Position numbers and translations under genes: made by a program. The notes beneath the pieces were generated by a model that saw nothing but the letters and a program-made list of their open reading frames with translations, had not been told where the DNA came from and made no database searches. This document shows positions 16,493 through 37,500 of a DNA stretch of 64,000 nucleotides, in pieces. Source of the stretch: the human T2T-CHM13v2.0 reference genome, Homo sapiens; NCBI RefSeq assembly GCF_009914755.1, contig NC_060938.1. The stretch is one strand, 5' to 3'. Every line of letters starts with the position of its first letter. The first letter of the stretch is position 1.

Positions 16493-19400
16493 ACACATCT
16501 CTGAACTGATCACCAAAGTGATGTAACACTTCTCTAGGCTCTGCCTACAGGGGCTTTGTGACATATCTCTTCCCTGATCACCCAGGTAATGAGACTCTTG
16601 TCTAGCCTCTGTGCATGGGGGCTTTGTGACATATCTCTGCACTGATCATCTATGTGATGTAACACTTGTGTAGGCTCTGCCTACAGGGGCATTTTGACAT
16701 ATCTCTGCATGTTAACCGGGGTGAAGTAACTCTTGTCTAGGCTGTGCCCACAGGGGGATTGAGACATATCTCTGCACTGATCCCGTGGTGATCCAACTCT
16801 TGCCTGGTGATGTACCACTTGTCAAGGCTCTGCCTACAGGTACATTGCGATGTATCTCTGCACTGATCACCTAGGTCATGTAACACTTGTCTAGGCTCTG
16901 CCTACAGTGGCATTGTGACATATCTCTGCACTGATCATCCAAGTGATGTAACCCTTGTCTAGGATCTGCCTAAAGGGACTTATGACAGGTCCTGCCTACA
17001 GTGGCATTGTGACATATCTCTGCACTGATCATCCAAGTGATGTAACCCTTGTCTAGGTTCTGCCTAAAGGGACTTTGTGACATAACTCTGCACTGATCAT
17101 CCAGGTGATGAGGTTTTTTTCTAGGCTCTGCCTAAAGGGGCATTGTGACATATTTCTGCACTGATCACCCAGGTGATGGACTCTTGCCTTGGATCTGCCT
17201 ATAGGGGCATTGCGACATATATCCGCACTGATCACCCAGGTGAAGTCACTTTTGTCAAGGATATGTCTACAGGGACATTGTTACAAGTCACTGCACTGAT
17301 CACACAGCTGATGTAAGTGTTGTCTATGTTCTTGCTACACGGGGCTTGTGACACATCTCTGCACTGATCACCCAGGTGATGTAACCCTTGTCTAGGCTCT
17401 GCCAAAAGGGGGCATTGTGACATAATTCTGCACTGATCACTCAGGGGATGGGACTCTTGACTAGGCTCTGCCTACAGGGGCATTGTGACATATCTCTGCA
17501 GTGATCACGCAGGTGATGTAACTCTTGTCCTTATCTGCCTACTGGCGGCATTGGGGCATATTTCTACACTGATCACCCAGCTGATGGACTCTTGTCTTGG
17601 ATCTGCCAGTGGGAGCATAGTGACATATCTCTGCACTGATCACTCATGTGATGCAACGCTTGTCTAAGCTGCGCCTAAAGGGGAATTGTGACAGTTATCT
17701 CCACTGATCACCCAGGTGATGCAACAATTTTCTGGGATTTGTCTACAGGGGGCTTTGTGACATATCTTTGCACTGATAACCCAGGAGATGTAACTCTTGT
17801 CTAGTATCGGCCTACAGGGACTTTGTGAAATATTTCTGCACTGATCACCCATTTGATGTATCTCTGGTCTAGGCCCCACCTACAGGAGGTATTGTAATGA
17901 ATCTCTGCCCTGATCACCCAGGTGATGTAACATTTATCTAGGCTCTACCTATAGGGGCGTTTTGACATAGCTCTGTACAGATCAACTACGTTATGTAACT
18001 CTTGTCCACTCTCTGCCTACAGGGGGCATTGTGAAATATCTCTGCACTGATCACCCAGGTGATGGGACCCTTCTCTATAATCTGCCTAGAGGGGGATCTG
18101 TGAAATATCTCAGCAGTGACCACCCAGGTGATGGAAGTCTTGTCTAGGCTCTGTCTACAGGGATTTCTGTGACATATCACTGCACTGATCACCTAGGTGA
18201 TGTAAGCATTGTATGGGCTTTGCCTACAGAAGGCTTTGTGACATATCTATGCACTGATCTCTGAGGTGATGAAACTCTTGTCTAGGCACTGCCTACAGGG
18301 GACATTGGTACATATCTCTGCACTGATCACCGAGGTGATGGACTGTTGACTTAGATCTGCCTACATGGACATTGTGACACATCTCTGAACTGATCAACCA
18401 AGTGATGAAACTCTTGTCTAGGCTCTGCCTACGGAGGCTTTGTGACACATCTCTGCACTGATCACCCTGGGGAGGAAACTCTTGTCTATGCTTTGCCTAC
18501 AGGAGGCTTTATGACTAATAACTGCTCTGATAACCTAGGTGATGTAACACTTGTCTAGGCTCTGCCTACACGAGAATTCTCACATATCTCTGCATTGATC
18601 ACCCAGGTGATGTAACTCTGGTCTAGGTTCTGCTTACAGGGGGTATTGTGACATATATCTGCACTGATCACCTAAGTGATGTAACACTTGTGCAGGCTCT
18701 ACCTACAAGGGCATTTTGACATATCTCTGCGCTGTTTAACCGAGGTGATGTAACTCTTGTCTAGGCTGTGCCCACAGGGGGATTGAGACATATCTCTGCA
18801 CTCATCCTGAGGTGATCCAACTCTTGCCTGGTCTCTGCCTACTGGGGACATTGTGACATATCTCTGCACTGATCTCCCAGGTGCTGTAACTTTAGTCTAG
18901 GTTCCTGCTAGACGTCATTGTGACATATCTCTGCACTGATCACCCAGGTGATGTAACGCTTGACTAGGCTCTGCCTATGGTGCATAGTGTCATATCACTG
19001 TATTGATCACTGAGGTGATGAAACTCTTGTCCAGGCTCTGCCTATAGGGGGCCTTGTGACATTTCTCTGCACTGATCACCTAGGTGATGTAACTCTTGCT
19101 TTCACTCTGCCTGCAGGGGAATTGTGAAATATCTCTGCACTGATTACGCATGTGATGGGACTCTTCTCTAGGTTCTGCCTACTGGGGGCATTGTCACATA
19201 TTTCTGCACTGATCACCTAGGTGACGGACTCTTGTTTTGGATTTGCCTATGGGGGCATTGTGACATTTCTCTTCACTGATCACCCAGGTGATGTAACTCT
19301 GGTCTAAGCTCTGCCTAGAGGGGCATTTTGACAGATCTCTGCACTCATCACTCAGGTGATGTAACTATTGTCTAGGCCCTACTTAAAGGGGCCTTGTCAC

Positions 19401-20744
19401 ATATCTCTGCACTGATCACCCAGGTGATGTGATTCTTGTCTAGTCTCTGCTTACAGGGGGTATTGTGACATATCTTTGCACTGATCACCTAAGTGTTGTA
19501 ACACTTGTGTAGGCTCTGCCTACAGCGGCATTTTGACATATCTCATAACTGTTAACCGAGGTGATGTAACTATTGTCTAGGCTGTGCCCACAGGGGGATT
19601 GAGACATATCTCTGCACTGATCCCGAGGTGATCCAACTCTTGCCTGGTCTCTGCCTACTGAGGACATTGTGATATATCTCTGCACTGATTTACCGGTTAC
19701 TGTAACTTTAGTCTAGGCTCTGGCTACAGTCATTGTGACATATCACTGCACTGATCACCCAGGTGATATAACTCTTGTCTAGGCACTGCCTAAAGGGGGC
19801 TTGTGACATCTTTCTGCACTGATAACCCAGGTGATATAACTCTTCTCTAGGATCTGAATACAGGGTGCTTTGTGACATATCCCTGCACTGATCACCCAGG
19901 TGATGGGACTCTTGTCTAGGCTCTGGCTACAGTGGCATTGTGACATATCTCTGCACTGATCACCCAGGTGATGTAACTCTTTTCTGGGATCTGCTTACAG
20001 GGTGCTTTGTGACATATCCCTGCAATGATCACCCAGGTGATGTACCACTTTTCAAGGCTCTGCCTACAGGGACATTGCGATGTATCTCTGTATTGATCAC
20101 CTAGGTCATGTAACTCTTGTCTAGGCTCTGCCAAGAGTGACTTTGTGACATATCTCTGCACTGATCATCCAAGTGATGTATCACTTGTCTAGAATCTGCG
20201 TAAATGGACTTTGTGACATAACTCTGCACTGATCATCCAGGTGATGGGGCTTTGGTCTAGGCTCTGCCTAAGGGTGCATTGTGACATATTTCTGCACTGA
20301 TCACCCAGGTGACGGACTGCTGTCTTGGATCTACCTATGGGGGCATTGTGACATATCTCTGCACTGATCACCCAGGTGATGTAACTGTTGTATAAGCTCT
20401 GCCTAAAGGGGCTTTGTGACATACATTTGCACTGATCACCCAGGTGATGTAACTCATCTAAGTTCTTCCTACAGGAGCTTTGTGACATATCTCTGCACTG
20501 CTCTCTTAGGTGATGTAACACTTTTATAAGCACTGCCTCCAGGAAATTTTGACAAATCTCTGCACTGATCACCTAGGTGATGTAACTCTTTTCTCGGCTC
20601 TGCCTACAGGGGCATTGTGACTTATCTCTGCAGTGATCACGCAGGTGATGTAACTCTTGTCTATATCTGCCTACTGGCGGCATTGTGGCATATTTCTGCA
20701 CTGATCATCCAGGTGATGGACTCTTGTCTTGGATCTGCCTAGGG
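16493..20744 (-). repeat. Beta satellite array 4
   Basis: Continuous ~68-bp monomers, - orientation. Confidence 0.97.
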
Positions 20745-23340
<2,596 letters not shown>

Positions 23341-26300
23341 ACACATCTCTGAACTGCTCAACAAAGTGATATAACTCTTGTCTAGGATCTGCCTACAGGG
23401 GCTTTGTGACATATCTCTGCACTGATCACTCAGGAGATGGGACTTTTGTCTAGGCTCTGCCTATGGGGGCATTGTGAAAAATCTCTACACTGATCACCCA
23501 GGTGATACAACTCTTGTGTTGGATCTGCCTATGGGGGCATTGTGACATATTTCTGCACTGATCACCGGGGTGAAGGGACTCTTGTCTAGGCTCTGTGTAA
23601 GGGGGCTTTGTGACATAACTCTGCACTGATCACCCAGATGATGTAACTCTTGACTACGCTCTGCCTAAGGGGCATAGTGACATATCACTGCATTCATCAC
23701 CGACGTGATGTAACTCTTGTCCAGGCTCTGCCTATAGGGGAACTTGTGACATATCTCTACACTGATCATCTACGTGATGTAAGTCTTGCTTATACTCTGA
23801 ATGCAGGGGCATTGTGAAATATCTCTGCACTGATCACCCAGGTGATGGGACTCTTCTCTAGACTCTTCCTACTGGGGGCATTATCACATATTTCTTCACT
23901 GATCACCCAGGTGACAGACGGTTGTCTTGGATTTGCCTGTGGGGGCATTGTGACATATCTCTCCACTGATCACCCAGGTGATGTAACTCTGGTCTAAGCT
24001 CTGCCTAAAGGGGCATTGTGACACATCTCTGCACTGATCACTCAGGTGATGTAACTATTATCTAAGATCTACCTAAAGGGGCCTTGCCACATATCTATTC
24101 ACTGATCACCCAGGTGATGTTACTCTTGTCTAGGCTCTGCTTACAAGGTGTATTGTGACATATCTCTGCACTGATCACCTAAGTGATGTAACACTTGTGT
24201 ATGCTCTGCCTACAGGGGCATTTTGACATATCTCTGCACTGTTAACCGAGGTGATGTAACACTTGTCTAGGCTGTGCCCACAGGGGGATTGAGACATATC
24301 TCTGCATTGATCCCGAGGTGATCAAACTCTTGACTTGTCTCTGCCTACTGGGGACATTGTGACATATCTCTGCACTGATCTCCCAGGTGCTGTAACTTTA
24401 GTCTAGACTCTGGCTACACGGCATGGTGACATATCACTGCACTGATCACCCAGGTGATATAACTCTTGCCTAGGCTCTCCATACAGGTGGCTTGCGACAT
24501 ATCTCTTCAATGATCACCCCGCTGATATAACTCTTCTCTAGTAACTGCCTACATGGTGCTTTGTGATATATCCCTGCAGTGATCACCCAGGTGATATAAC
24601 ATTATGAAGGCTCTGCCTACAGGGGCATTGCGATGTGTCTCCGCACTGATCACCTAGGTCATGTAACTCTTGTCTAGGCTCTGCCTACAGTGGCATTGTG
24701 GCATATCTCTGCACTGATCACCCAGGTGATGTAACTCTTTTCTAGGATCTGCCTACAGGGTGCTTTGTGACACATCCCTGCAATGATTACCCAGGTGTTG
24801 TACCACTTGTCAAGGTTATGCCTACAGGGACATTGCAATGTATCTCTGCATTGATCACCTAGGTCATGTAACACTTGTCTAGGCTCTGCCTACAGTAGCA
24901 TTGTGACATATCTCTGCACTGATCATCCAAGTGATGTAACCCTTGTCTAGGATCTGCCTAAAGGGACTTTGTGACATAACTCTGCACTGAACATCCAGGT
25001 GATGGGTCTTTTGTCTAGGCTCTGCCTAAGGGGTCATTGTGACATATTTCTGCACTGATCACCCAGGTGACGGACTCTTGTCTTAGATCTGCCTATGGGG
25101 GCATTGTGACATATCTCTGCACTGATCACCCAGGTGATGTAACTGTTATATAAGCTCTTCCGACAGGGGAATTGTAAGAGATCTCGCCACTGATCACCCA
25201 AGTGATGTAACTATTGTCTAGGCTTTTCCTAGAGGGGGCTTTGTGATATAACTTTGCACTGATCACCCAGGTGATGTAACTCATCTAAGTTCTTCCTACA
25301 GGAGCTTTGTGATATATCTCTGCACTGATCACTTAGGTGATGTAACACTTTTATAAGCACTGCCTACAAGGTATTTTGACAAATCTCTGTACTGATCACC
25401 TAGATGATGATACTCTTGTCTACCTTCTGCCCAAATTGCGCATTGTGAAATACCTCTGCACTGATCACCCAGGTGATTCAACTCTTGTCTAGGATCTGCC
25501 TACAGAGGATATTGGGAAATAACTCTGACCTTATCAACTAGGTGATGTAACTCTTGTCTAGGCTCTGCCTACAGGTGCGTTTTCATATATCCCTGAATTG
25601 ATGACAAAGGTGATGTAACTCTTGCCTAGGCTTTGCCTACAGGGGACATTGTGACATATCTCTGCACTGATCACCCAGGTGATGCAACTCTTCTCTATGC
25701 TCTGCCTACAGGGGACATTGTGACACATCTCTGCACTGATCACCCAGGTGATGCAACTCTTCTCTATGCTCTGCTTACAGGGGCATTGTGACATATCTCT
25801 ACACTGATCACCCAGGTGATGTAACTCTTTTCTAGCCTCTGCCTACAGAGGGCGTTGTGACATCACTCTGCACGGATCACCCGGGTTATGTAACTCTTGT
25901 CTAGGCTCTGCCTATGGCAGCATTGTGACTTTTCTCTACACTGATCACCCAGGAGACGTGACTCTTGTCTAAGCTCTGCCTAGAGGGACATTGGGAAATA
26001 TCTCTGCACTGATCGCTGAGGTGATGTAAAACTTGTTTAAGCTTTGCCTACTGTGGGTTTTATGAAATATCTCTGCAGTGATCACCCAGGTGATGTAACT
26101 CTTGTCTAGGCTCTGCTTACAGGGGATGTTGTGAGATATCTCTGCATCTCTGCACTGATCACGCAGGTGATGTAACTCTTTTCTAGGCTCTGCCTACAGG
26201 GGCATTTTAACATATGGCTGCACTGATCACCGAGATTATGTAACTCTTCTATAGTCTTCGCCGACAGGGGTCATTGAGACATATCCCTGCACTGATCACC

Positions 26301-28792
26301 GAGGGGATGCAACTGTTGTCTGGGATCTGCTTACAGGAGGCATTGTGACATGTCTCTGCCCTGATCACCCAGGTGATGTAACTCTTATCTAGGCTGTGCC
26401 TACTGGAGACATTGTGACATATCTCCACACAGATCACCCAGGTGATGTCACTTTTGTCAAGGATATGGCTACAGGGACATTGTGACATGTCACTGCACTG
26501 ATCACACAGCTGATATAACTCTGGTCTAGGCTCTGGCTACAAGGGGGTTGTGAAACATCTCTGCACTGATGACACAGATGGTGTAACCCATGTCTAGGCT
26601 CTGCCAAAAGGGGGCATTGTGACATAACTCTGCACTGATCACCCAGGTAATGGGACTCTTGTCCAGGCTCTGCCTACAGGGGCATTGTGACATATCTCTG
26701 CAGTGATCACGCAGGTGATGTAACTCTTGTCTATATCTGCCTACCGGCGGCATTTTGGCATACTTCTGCACTGATCACCCAGGTGATGGACTCTTTTCTT
26801 GGATCTGCCTATGGGGGAATAGTGACATATCTCTGCACTGATCACTCATGTGATGTAACGCTTGTCTAACCTGTGCCTAAAGGGGAATTGTGACAGATAT
26901 CTCCACGGATCACCCAGGTGATGTAACAATTTTCTGGGATTTGTCTACAGGGGGCTTTCTGACATATCTTTGCACTGATCACCCAGGAGATATAACTCTT
27001 GTCTAGGCTCCGCCTACAGGGGCTTTGTGACATATCTCTGCACTGATCACCCAGGTGATGTAACTCTTGCCTAGGTTCCACCTACAGGGGGTATTGTGAC
27101 ATATCTCTGCACTGATCACCCAGGTGATGTTACTGTTGTCTTGGCTCCACCTACAGGGGATATTGTGACGTAACTCTACAGAGATCACCTAGGTTATGTA
27201 ACTCTTTTCCATTCTCCGCCTACAGGGTCATTGTGAACTATCTCTGCACTGATCATCCAGGTGATTGGACTCTTCTCTGTACTCTGCCTGGAGGGGGATT
27301 TGTGACATATCTCTGCACTGATCACCCAGGTGATGGGAGTCTTGTCTAGGCTCTGTCTTTGGGGGCATTGTGTCAAATATCTGCACTGGTCACCCAGGTG
27401 ATGTAACTCTTTTCTAGGCTCTGTTTACAGGGATTTTTGTCACATATGACTGCACTGATCACCTAGGTGATGTAAGCCTTCTATGCTCTTTGCCTATAGA
27501 AGTCTTTATGTCATATCTATGCACTGATCTCTGAAGTTATGCAACTCTTGTCTAGGCACTGCCTACAGGGGACATTGGTACATATCTCTGCCCTGATCAC
27601 CCAGGTGATGGACTCTTGTCTTAGATCTGCCTACATGGACATTGTGACACATCTCTGAACTGATCAACCAAGTGATGAAACTCTTGTCTAGGCTCTGCTT
27701 ACAGGGGCTTTGTGACACATCTCTGCACTGAACATCCTGGGGAGGGAACTCTTGCCTACGCTCTGCTACAGGAGGCTTTATGACTTATACCTGCACTGAT
27801 GACCTAGGTGATGTAACACTTGTCTAGGCTCTGCCTACACCGGAATTCTCACATATCTCTACACTGATCACCCAGGTGACGAACACTTGTCTTGGATCTG
27901 CCTATGGGGGCATTGTGACATATCTCTGCACTGATCACCCAGGTGATGTAACTGTTGTGTAAGCTGTGCCTACAGGGGAATTGTGAGAGATCTCGCCACT
28001 TATAACCCAAGTGATGTGACTATTGTCTAGGCTTTGCGTACATGTGGCTTTGTGACATACCTTTGCCTGCACTGATAACCTAGGTGATGTAACACTTATC
28101 TAGGCTCTGCCTACGCGGGAATTCTCACATATATCTGCGCTGATCACCTGTGTGATGTAACTCCTGTCTAGGTTCAGCCTACAGGAGCGTTTTGACATAT
28201 CTTTGCACTTATCACCCAGGTGATGTAACACTTGTCTAAGCTCTGCCTACAGGGGCATTGTCACAGATCTCTCCACTGCTCACCCAGGTGATGTAACAAT
28301 TTTCTGGGCTTTGCCTACAGGGGCTTTGTGATATACATTTCCACTGGTCAAACAGGTGATGTAACCCTTGTCAAGGTTCTGCTTACAGGGGCTTTGGGAC
28401 ATATCTCTGCACTGATCACCCCAGGGAGGAAACACTTGTCTACACTCTGCCTACAGGAGGCTTTACGACTTATCCCTGCACTGATCACTAGGTGATGTAA
28501 AACTTGTCTAAGCTCTGTCTACATGGGAGTTTTCACATATCTCTACACTGATCACCTAAGTGAAGTAACCCTTGTCTAGGATCAGCCTACTGGGGATTTC
28601 TGACATACCTATCACCGAGGTGATGTAAATCATTTCCATGCTTTTTGTACAGGGGACATTGTGATATATCTCTGCACTGACCACCCAAATGATGCAAATC
28701 TTCTCTAGGCTCCACAGGGAGGGGGCATTGTGACATATATCTGAACTGATCATCCAGGAGATGTAACTATTCTCCAGGCTTTGACTAAAGAG
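23341..28792 (-). repeat. Beta satellite array 5
   Basis: Continuous ~68-bp monomers, - orientation. Confidence 0.97.
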
Positions 28793-31558
<2,766 letters not shown>

Positions 31559-34500
31559 ACACATCTCTGAACTAATCAACAAAGTGATGTAAGACTTGTC
31601 TACGCGCTGCCTACAGGGGAATTTTGAGAGATCTCGCCACTGGTCACCCAAGTGATGTAACTATTGTCTAGGCTTTGCCTACAGGGGGCTTTTTGACATA
31701 CCTTTGCATTGATCACCTAGGTGACGTAACTCATCTAAGCTCTGCCTACATGAGCTTTGTGACATATCTCTGCACTGATCACTTAGGTGATGTAACACTT
31801 TTATAAGCACTGCCTACAGGGAATTTTGACAAATCTCTGCACTGATCACCTAGGTGATGTAACTGCTGTCTACCCTCTGCCCAAAGGGGGTATTGTGAAA
31901 TATCTCTGCACTGATCACCCAGGTGATGCAACTCTTGTCTAGGATCTGCCTTCAGGAGTTATTGTGAAATATCTCTGCACTGATCAACTAGGTGATGTAA
32001 CTAGTGTCTAGGCTCTGCCTACAGGGGCATTTTCACATATCGCTGAACTGATGACAAAGGTGATGTAACTCTGGCATAGGCTTTGCCTATAGGGGACATT
32101 GTGACATATCTCTGCACTGATCACCCTGGTGATGCAACTCTTCTCTATGCTCTGCCTACAGGAGGCATTGTGACATATCTCTGCACTGATCACTCAGGTG
32201 ATATAACTCTTTTCAAGTCTCTGTCTTCAGAGGGCGTTGTGACATCACTCTGCACGGATCCCCCGGGTTATGTAACTCTTGTCTAGGCTCTGCCTATGGG
32301 GGCATTGTGACTTATCTCTGCACTGATCACCCAGGAGATGTGACTCTTGTCTAAGCTCTACCTAGAGGGACATTGGGACATATCTCTGCTTGTTCGCTGA
32401 GGTGATGTAAAACTTGTCTAGGCTTTGCCTACAGTGGGATTTATGACATATCTCTGCACTGATCACCCAGGTGATGTAACTCTTGTCTAGGCTCTGCCTA
32501 CAGGGGCATTTTCACATATCACTGCACTGATCACCGAGAAGATGTAACTCTTGTATAGGCTTCGCCGACAGGGGGCATTGAGACATATCTCTGCACTGAT
32601 CACCGAGGTGATGCAACTCTTGTCCGGGATCTCCTTACAGGGAGCATTGTGACATGTCTCTGCCCTGATCACCCAGGTGATGTAACTCTTGTCTAGGCTC
32701 TGCCTACTGGAGACATTATGACATATCTCCGCACTGATCATCCAGGTGATGTCACTTTTGTCAAGGATAAGGCTACAGGGACATTGTGACATGTCATAGC
32801 ACTGAACACAAAGCTGATGTAACCATTGTCTAGGCTCTGCCAAAAGGGGGCATTGTGACATAACTCTGCACTGATCACCCAGGTGATGGGACTCTTTTCT
32901 AGGCTCTGCCTACAAGGGCATTGTGACATATCTCTGCAGTGATCACGCAGGTGATGGAACACTCGTCTAAGCTCTGCCTAAAGGGGCATTGTGAGAGATC
33001 TCTGCACTGATCACCCAGGTGATGTAACACTTGCCTAGGCTCTGTTTACAGAGGGTATTTTGACATATCACTGCACTGATCACCTAAGTGTTGTAACACT
33101 TGTGTAGGCTCTGCCTACAGGGGCATTTTGACATATTTCTGCAATGTTAACCGAGGTGATGTAACTCTTTTCTAGGCTGTGCCCTCAGGGAGATTGAGAC
33201 ATATCTCTGCACTGATCCCGAGGTGATCCAAGTCTTGCCTTGTCTCTGCCTACTGGGGACATAGTGACATATCGCTGCAATGATCTCCCAGGTGCTGTAA
33301 CTTTAATCTAGGCTCTGGCTACACGGCATCGTGACATATCACTGCACTGATCACCTAGGTGATATAACCCTTGTCTAGGCTCTGCCTACAGGAGGCTTGT
33401 GACATATATCTGCACTGATCACCCAGGTGATGTAACTCTTCTCTAGGATCTGCCTACAGGTTGCTTTGTGACATATTACTGCAATTATCACCCAGGTGAT
33501 GTACCACTTGTCATGGCTCTGCCTACAGGGACATTGAGATGTATCTCTGCACTGCTCACCTAGGTCATGTAACTCTTGTCTAGGCTCTGCCTACAGTGGC
33601 ATTGTGACATATCTCTGCACTGATCATCCAAGTGATGTAACCCTTTTCTAGGATCTGTCTAAAGGACTTTGTGACATAACTCTGCACTGATCATCCAGGT
33701 GATGGGGCTTTTGTCTCGGGTCTGCCTAAGGGGGCATTGTGACATATTTCTGCACTGATCACCCAGGTGACGGACTCTTGTCTTGGATCTGCCTATGGGG
33801 GCACTGTTACATACCTCTGCACTGATCACCCAGGTGATGTAACTGTTGTATAAGCTCTGCCTACATGGGAAATGTGAGAGATCTCGTCACTGATCACCCA
33901 AGTGATGTAAGTATTGTCTAGGCTTTGCCTACAGGGGCCTTTGTGACATACGTTTGCACTGATCATGCATGTCATGTAGCTCATCTAAGTTTTGCCTACA
34001 GTAGTTTTGTGACATATCTCTGCACTGATCACTTAGGTGATGTAACACTTTTATAAGCACTGCCTACAGGGAACTTTGACAAGTCTCTGCACTGATCACC
34101 TGGGTGATGTAACTCTTGTGTACCCGCTGCCCAAAGGGGGCATTGTGAAATATCTCTGCACTGATCACCTAGGTGATTCAACTCTTGTCTAGGATCTGCC
34201 TAAAGGGGGTATTGTGAAATATCTCTGCACTGATCAACTAGGTGATGTAACTCTGGTCTAGGCTCTGCCTACAGGGGCATTTTCACATATCCCTGAAATG
34301 ATGACAAAGGTATTGTAACTCTTCCCTAGGCTTTGCCTGCAGAAGGCATAGTGACATATCCCTGCACTGTGAACCCAGGTGATGCAACTCTTCTCTATGC
34401 TCTGCCTACAGGGGGTATTGTGACATCACTCTGCACGGATCACCCGGGTTATGTAACTCTTATCTAGGCTCTGCCTAGAGGGGCAGTGTGACATATCTCT

Positions 34501-37500
34501 GAACTGATCGTTGAGGTGATGTAAAACTTGTCTAGGCTTTGCCTGCAGTGTTATTTATGACATATCTCTGCACTGATCACCCAGGTGATGCAACTCTTCT
34601 CTATACTGTGCCCACAGCGGACATTGTGGCATATCTCTGCATTGATCACCCAGGGGATGCAACTCTTCTCTATTCTCTGCCTACAGGGGGCATTGAGACA
34701 TATCTCTGCACTGATCACCCAGGTGATGTAACTCTTTTGTAGTCTCTGCCTACAGAGGGCGTTGTGACATCACTCTGCAAGGATCACCCGGGTTATGTAA
34801 CACTCGTCTAGGCTCTGCCTACGGGGGCATTGTGACTTACCTCTGCACTGATCACCCAGGAGATGTGACACTTTTCGAAGCTCTGCCTAGAGGGGCATTG
34901 GGACATAAATGTGCCCTGATCGCTGAGGTGATGTAAAATTGTCTAGGCTTTGCCTACGGTGGGATTCATGACATATCTGTGCACTGATCACCCAGTTGAT
35001 GTAACTCATGTCTAGGCTCTGCTTACAGGGGGTATTGTGAGATATCTATGCACTGATCACCCAGGTGATGTAACCATTGTCTAGCCTCTGCTTACATGGG
35101 CATTATAACATATCACTGCACTGATCACCGAGATGATATAACTCTTGTATAGGCTTCCCGGACAGGGTGGATTTAGACATATCACTGCACTGATCATCGA
35201 GGTGATGCAACTCATGTCTGGGATCGGCTTATAGGGGACATTGTGACATATCTCTGCCCTGATCACCCAGGTGATTTAACTCTTGTCTAGGCTCTGTCTA
35301 CTGGCGACATTGTGACATATCTCTGCACTGATCACACAGGTGATGTCACTTTTGTCAAGGATATGGCTACAGGGACATTGTGACATGTCACTGCACTGAT
35401 CACACAGCTGATGTAACTCTTGTCTAGGCTTTGGCTACAGGGGTCTTGTGACACATCTCTGCACTGATCACCCAGGTGATGTAACCCTTGTCTAGGATCT
35501 GCCAAAAGGGGTCATTGTGACATAACTCTGCACTGAACACCCAGGTGATGGGACCCTTTTCTATGCTATGCCTACAGGGGCATTGTGATATATCTCTGCA
35601 GTGATCACGCAGGTGATGTAACTCTTGTCTATATCTGCCCACTGGTGGCATTGTGGCAAATTTCTGCATTGATCACTCAGGTGATGGACTCTTTTCTTGG
35701 ATCTGCCTATGAGGGCATAGTGACATATCTCTGCACTGATCACTCATGTGATATAACGCTTGTCTAAGCTGCGCCTAAAGGGGAATTGTGACAGATATCT
35801 CCACAGATCACCCAGGTGATGTAACAATTTTCTGGGATTTGTCTACATGGGGCTTTCAGACATATATTTGTACTGATCACCCAGGAGATGTAACTCTTGT
35901 CTAGGCTTGGCCTACAGGGGCTTTGTGTCATATTTCTGCACTGATCACCCAGGTGATGTAACTGTTGTTTAGGCTCTGCCTACAGGGGCTTTTTGACATA
36001 TCTCTGCACTGATCACCCAGGTGATGTCAATGTTGTCTAGGCTCCTCCTTCAGGGGGTACTGTGACGTATTTCTGCACTGATCACCCAGGTGATGTAACG
36101 TTTATCTAGGCTATGCCTACAGGGGCGTTTTGACATAATTCTGCACAGATCACCTAGGTTATGTAACTCTTGTCCACTCTGTGCCAACAGGGGGCATTGT
36201 AAAATATCTCTGCACTGATCACCCAGGAGATGTGACTCTTGTCTAAGCTCTGCCTAGAGGGACATTGGGACATATCTCTGCACTGATCGCTGAGGTGATG
36301 TAAAACTTGTCTAGGCTTTGCCGACAGTGGGATTTATGACATATCTCTGCACTGATCACCCAGGTGATGTAACTCTTGTCTAGGCTCGGCCTACAGGGGC
36401 TTTGTGAGATATTTCTTCATTGATCACTCAGGTGATGTAACTCTTGTCTAGGCTCTGCCTACAGGGGCATTTTAACATATCACTGCACTCATCACCGAGA
36501 TGATGTAACTCTTGTATAGGCTTCGCCGACAGGGGGCATTGAGACATATCTCTGTACTGATGACCGAGGTGATGCAACTCTTGTCTGGGATCTGCTTACA
36601 GAGGGCATCGTGACATATCTCTGCCCTGATCACCCAGGTGATGTAACTCTTGTCTAGGCTCTGCCTACTGGAGACATTGTGACATATCTCCGCACTGATC
36701 AACCAGGTGATGTCACTTTTCTGAAGGATATGGCTACAGGGACACTGTGACATGTCACTGCACTGATCACACAGCTGATGTAACAGTTGTCTAGGCTCTG
36801 GCTACAGGGGTCTTGTGACACATCTCTGCATTGATCACCCGGGTGATGTAACCCTTCTCTAGGGTCTGTCAATATGGGGCATTGTGACATAACTCTGCAC
36901 TGATCACCCAGGTGATGGGACTCTTTTCTAGTCTCTGCGTACAGGGGCATTCTGACTTTCTCTGCAGTGATCACGCAGGTGATGTATCTCTTCTCTATAT
37001 CTGCCTACTGGCGGCATTGTGGCATATTTCTGCGCTGATCACCCAGGTGATGGACTCTTGTCTTGGATCTGCCTATGGGGGCATTGTGACATATCTCTGC
37101 ACAGATCTCTCATGTGATGTAACGCTTGTCTAAGCTGCGCCTGAAGGGGAATTGTGACAGATATCTCCACTGATCCCCCAAGTGATGTGACAGTTTTCTG
37201 GGATTTGTCTACAGGGGGCTTTGTGACATATATTTGCACTGAACACCCAGGAGATGTAACAACTCTTCTCTAGGCTGGGCCTACAGGGGCTTTGTGACAT
37301 ATTTCTGCACTGATCACCCAGGAGATGTAACCCTATTTTAGGCTCTGCCTACAGCGGCTTTGTGACATGTCTTTGCACTGATCACCCAGGTGATGGGACT
37401 CTTGTCTAGTCTCCACCTACAGGGGTTATTGTGACGTATCTCTGCACTGATCACCCAGGTGATGTAACTCTTTTCTAGGCTCTGCCTACAGGGGCATTTT

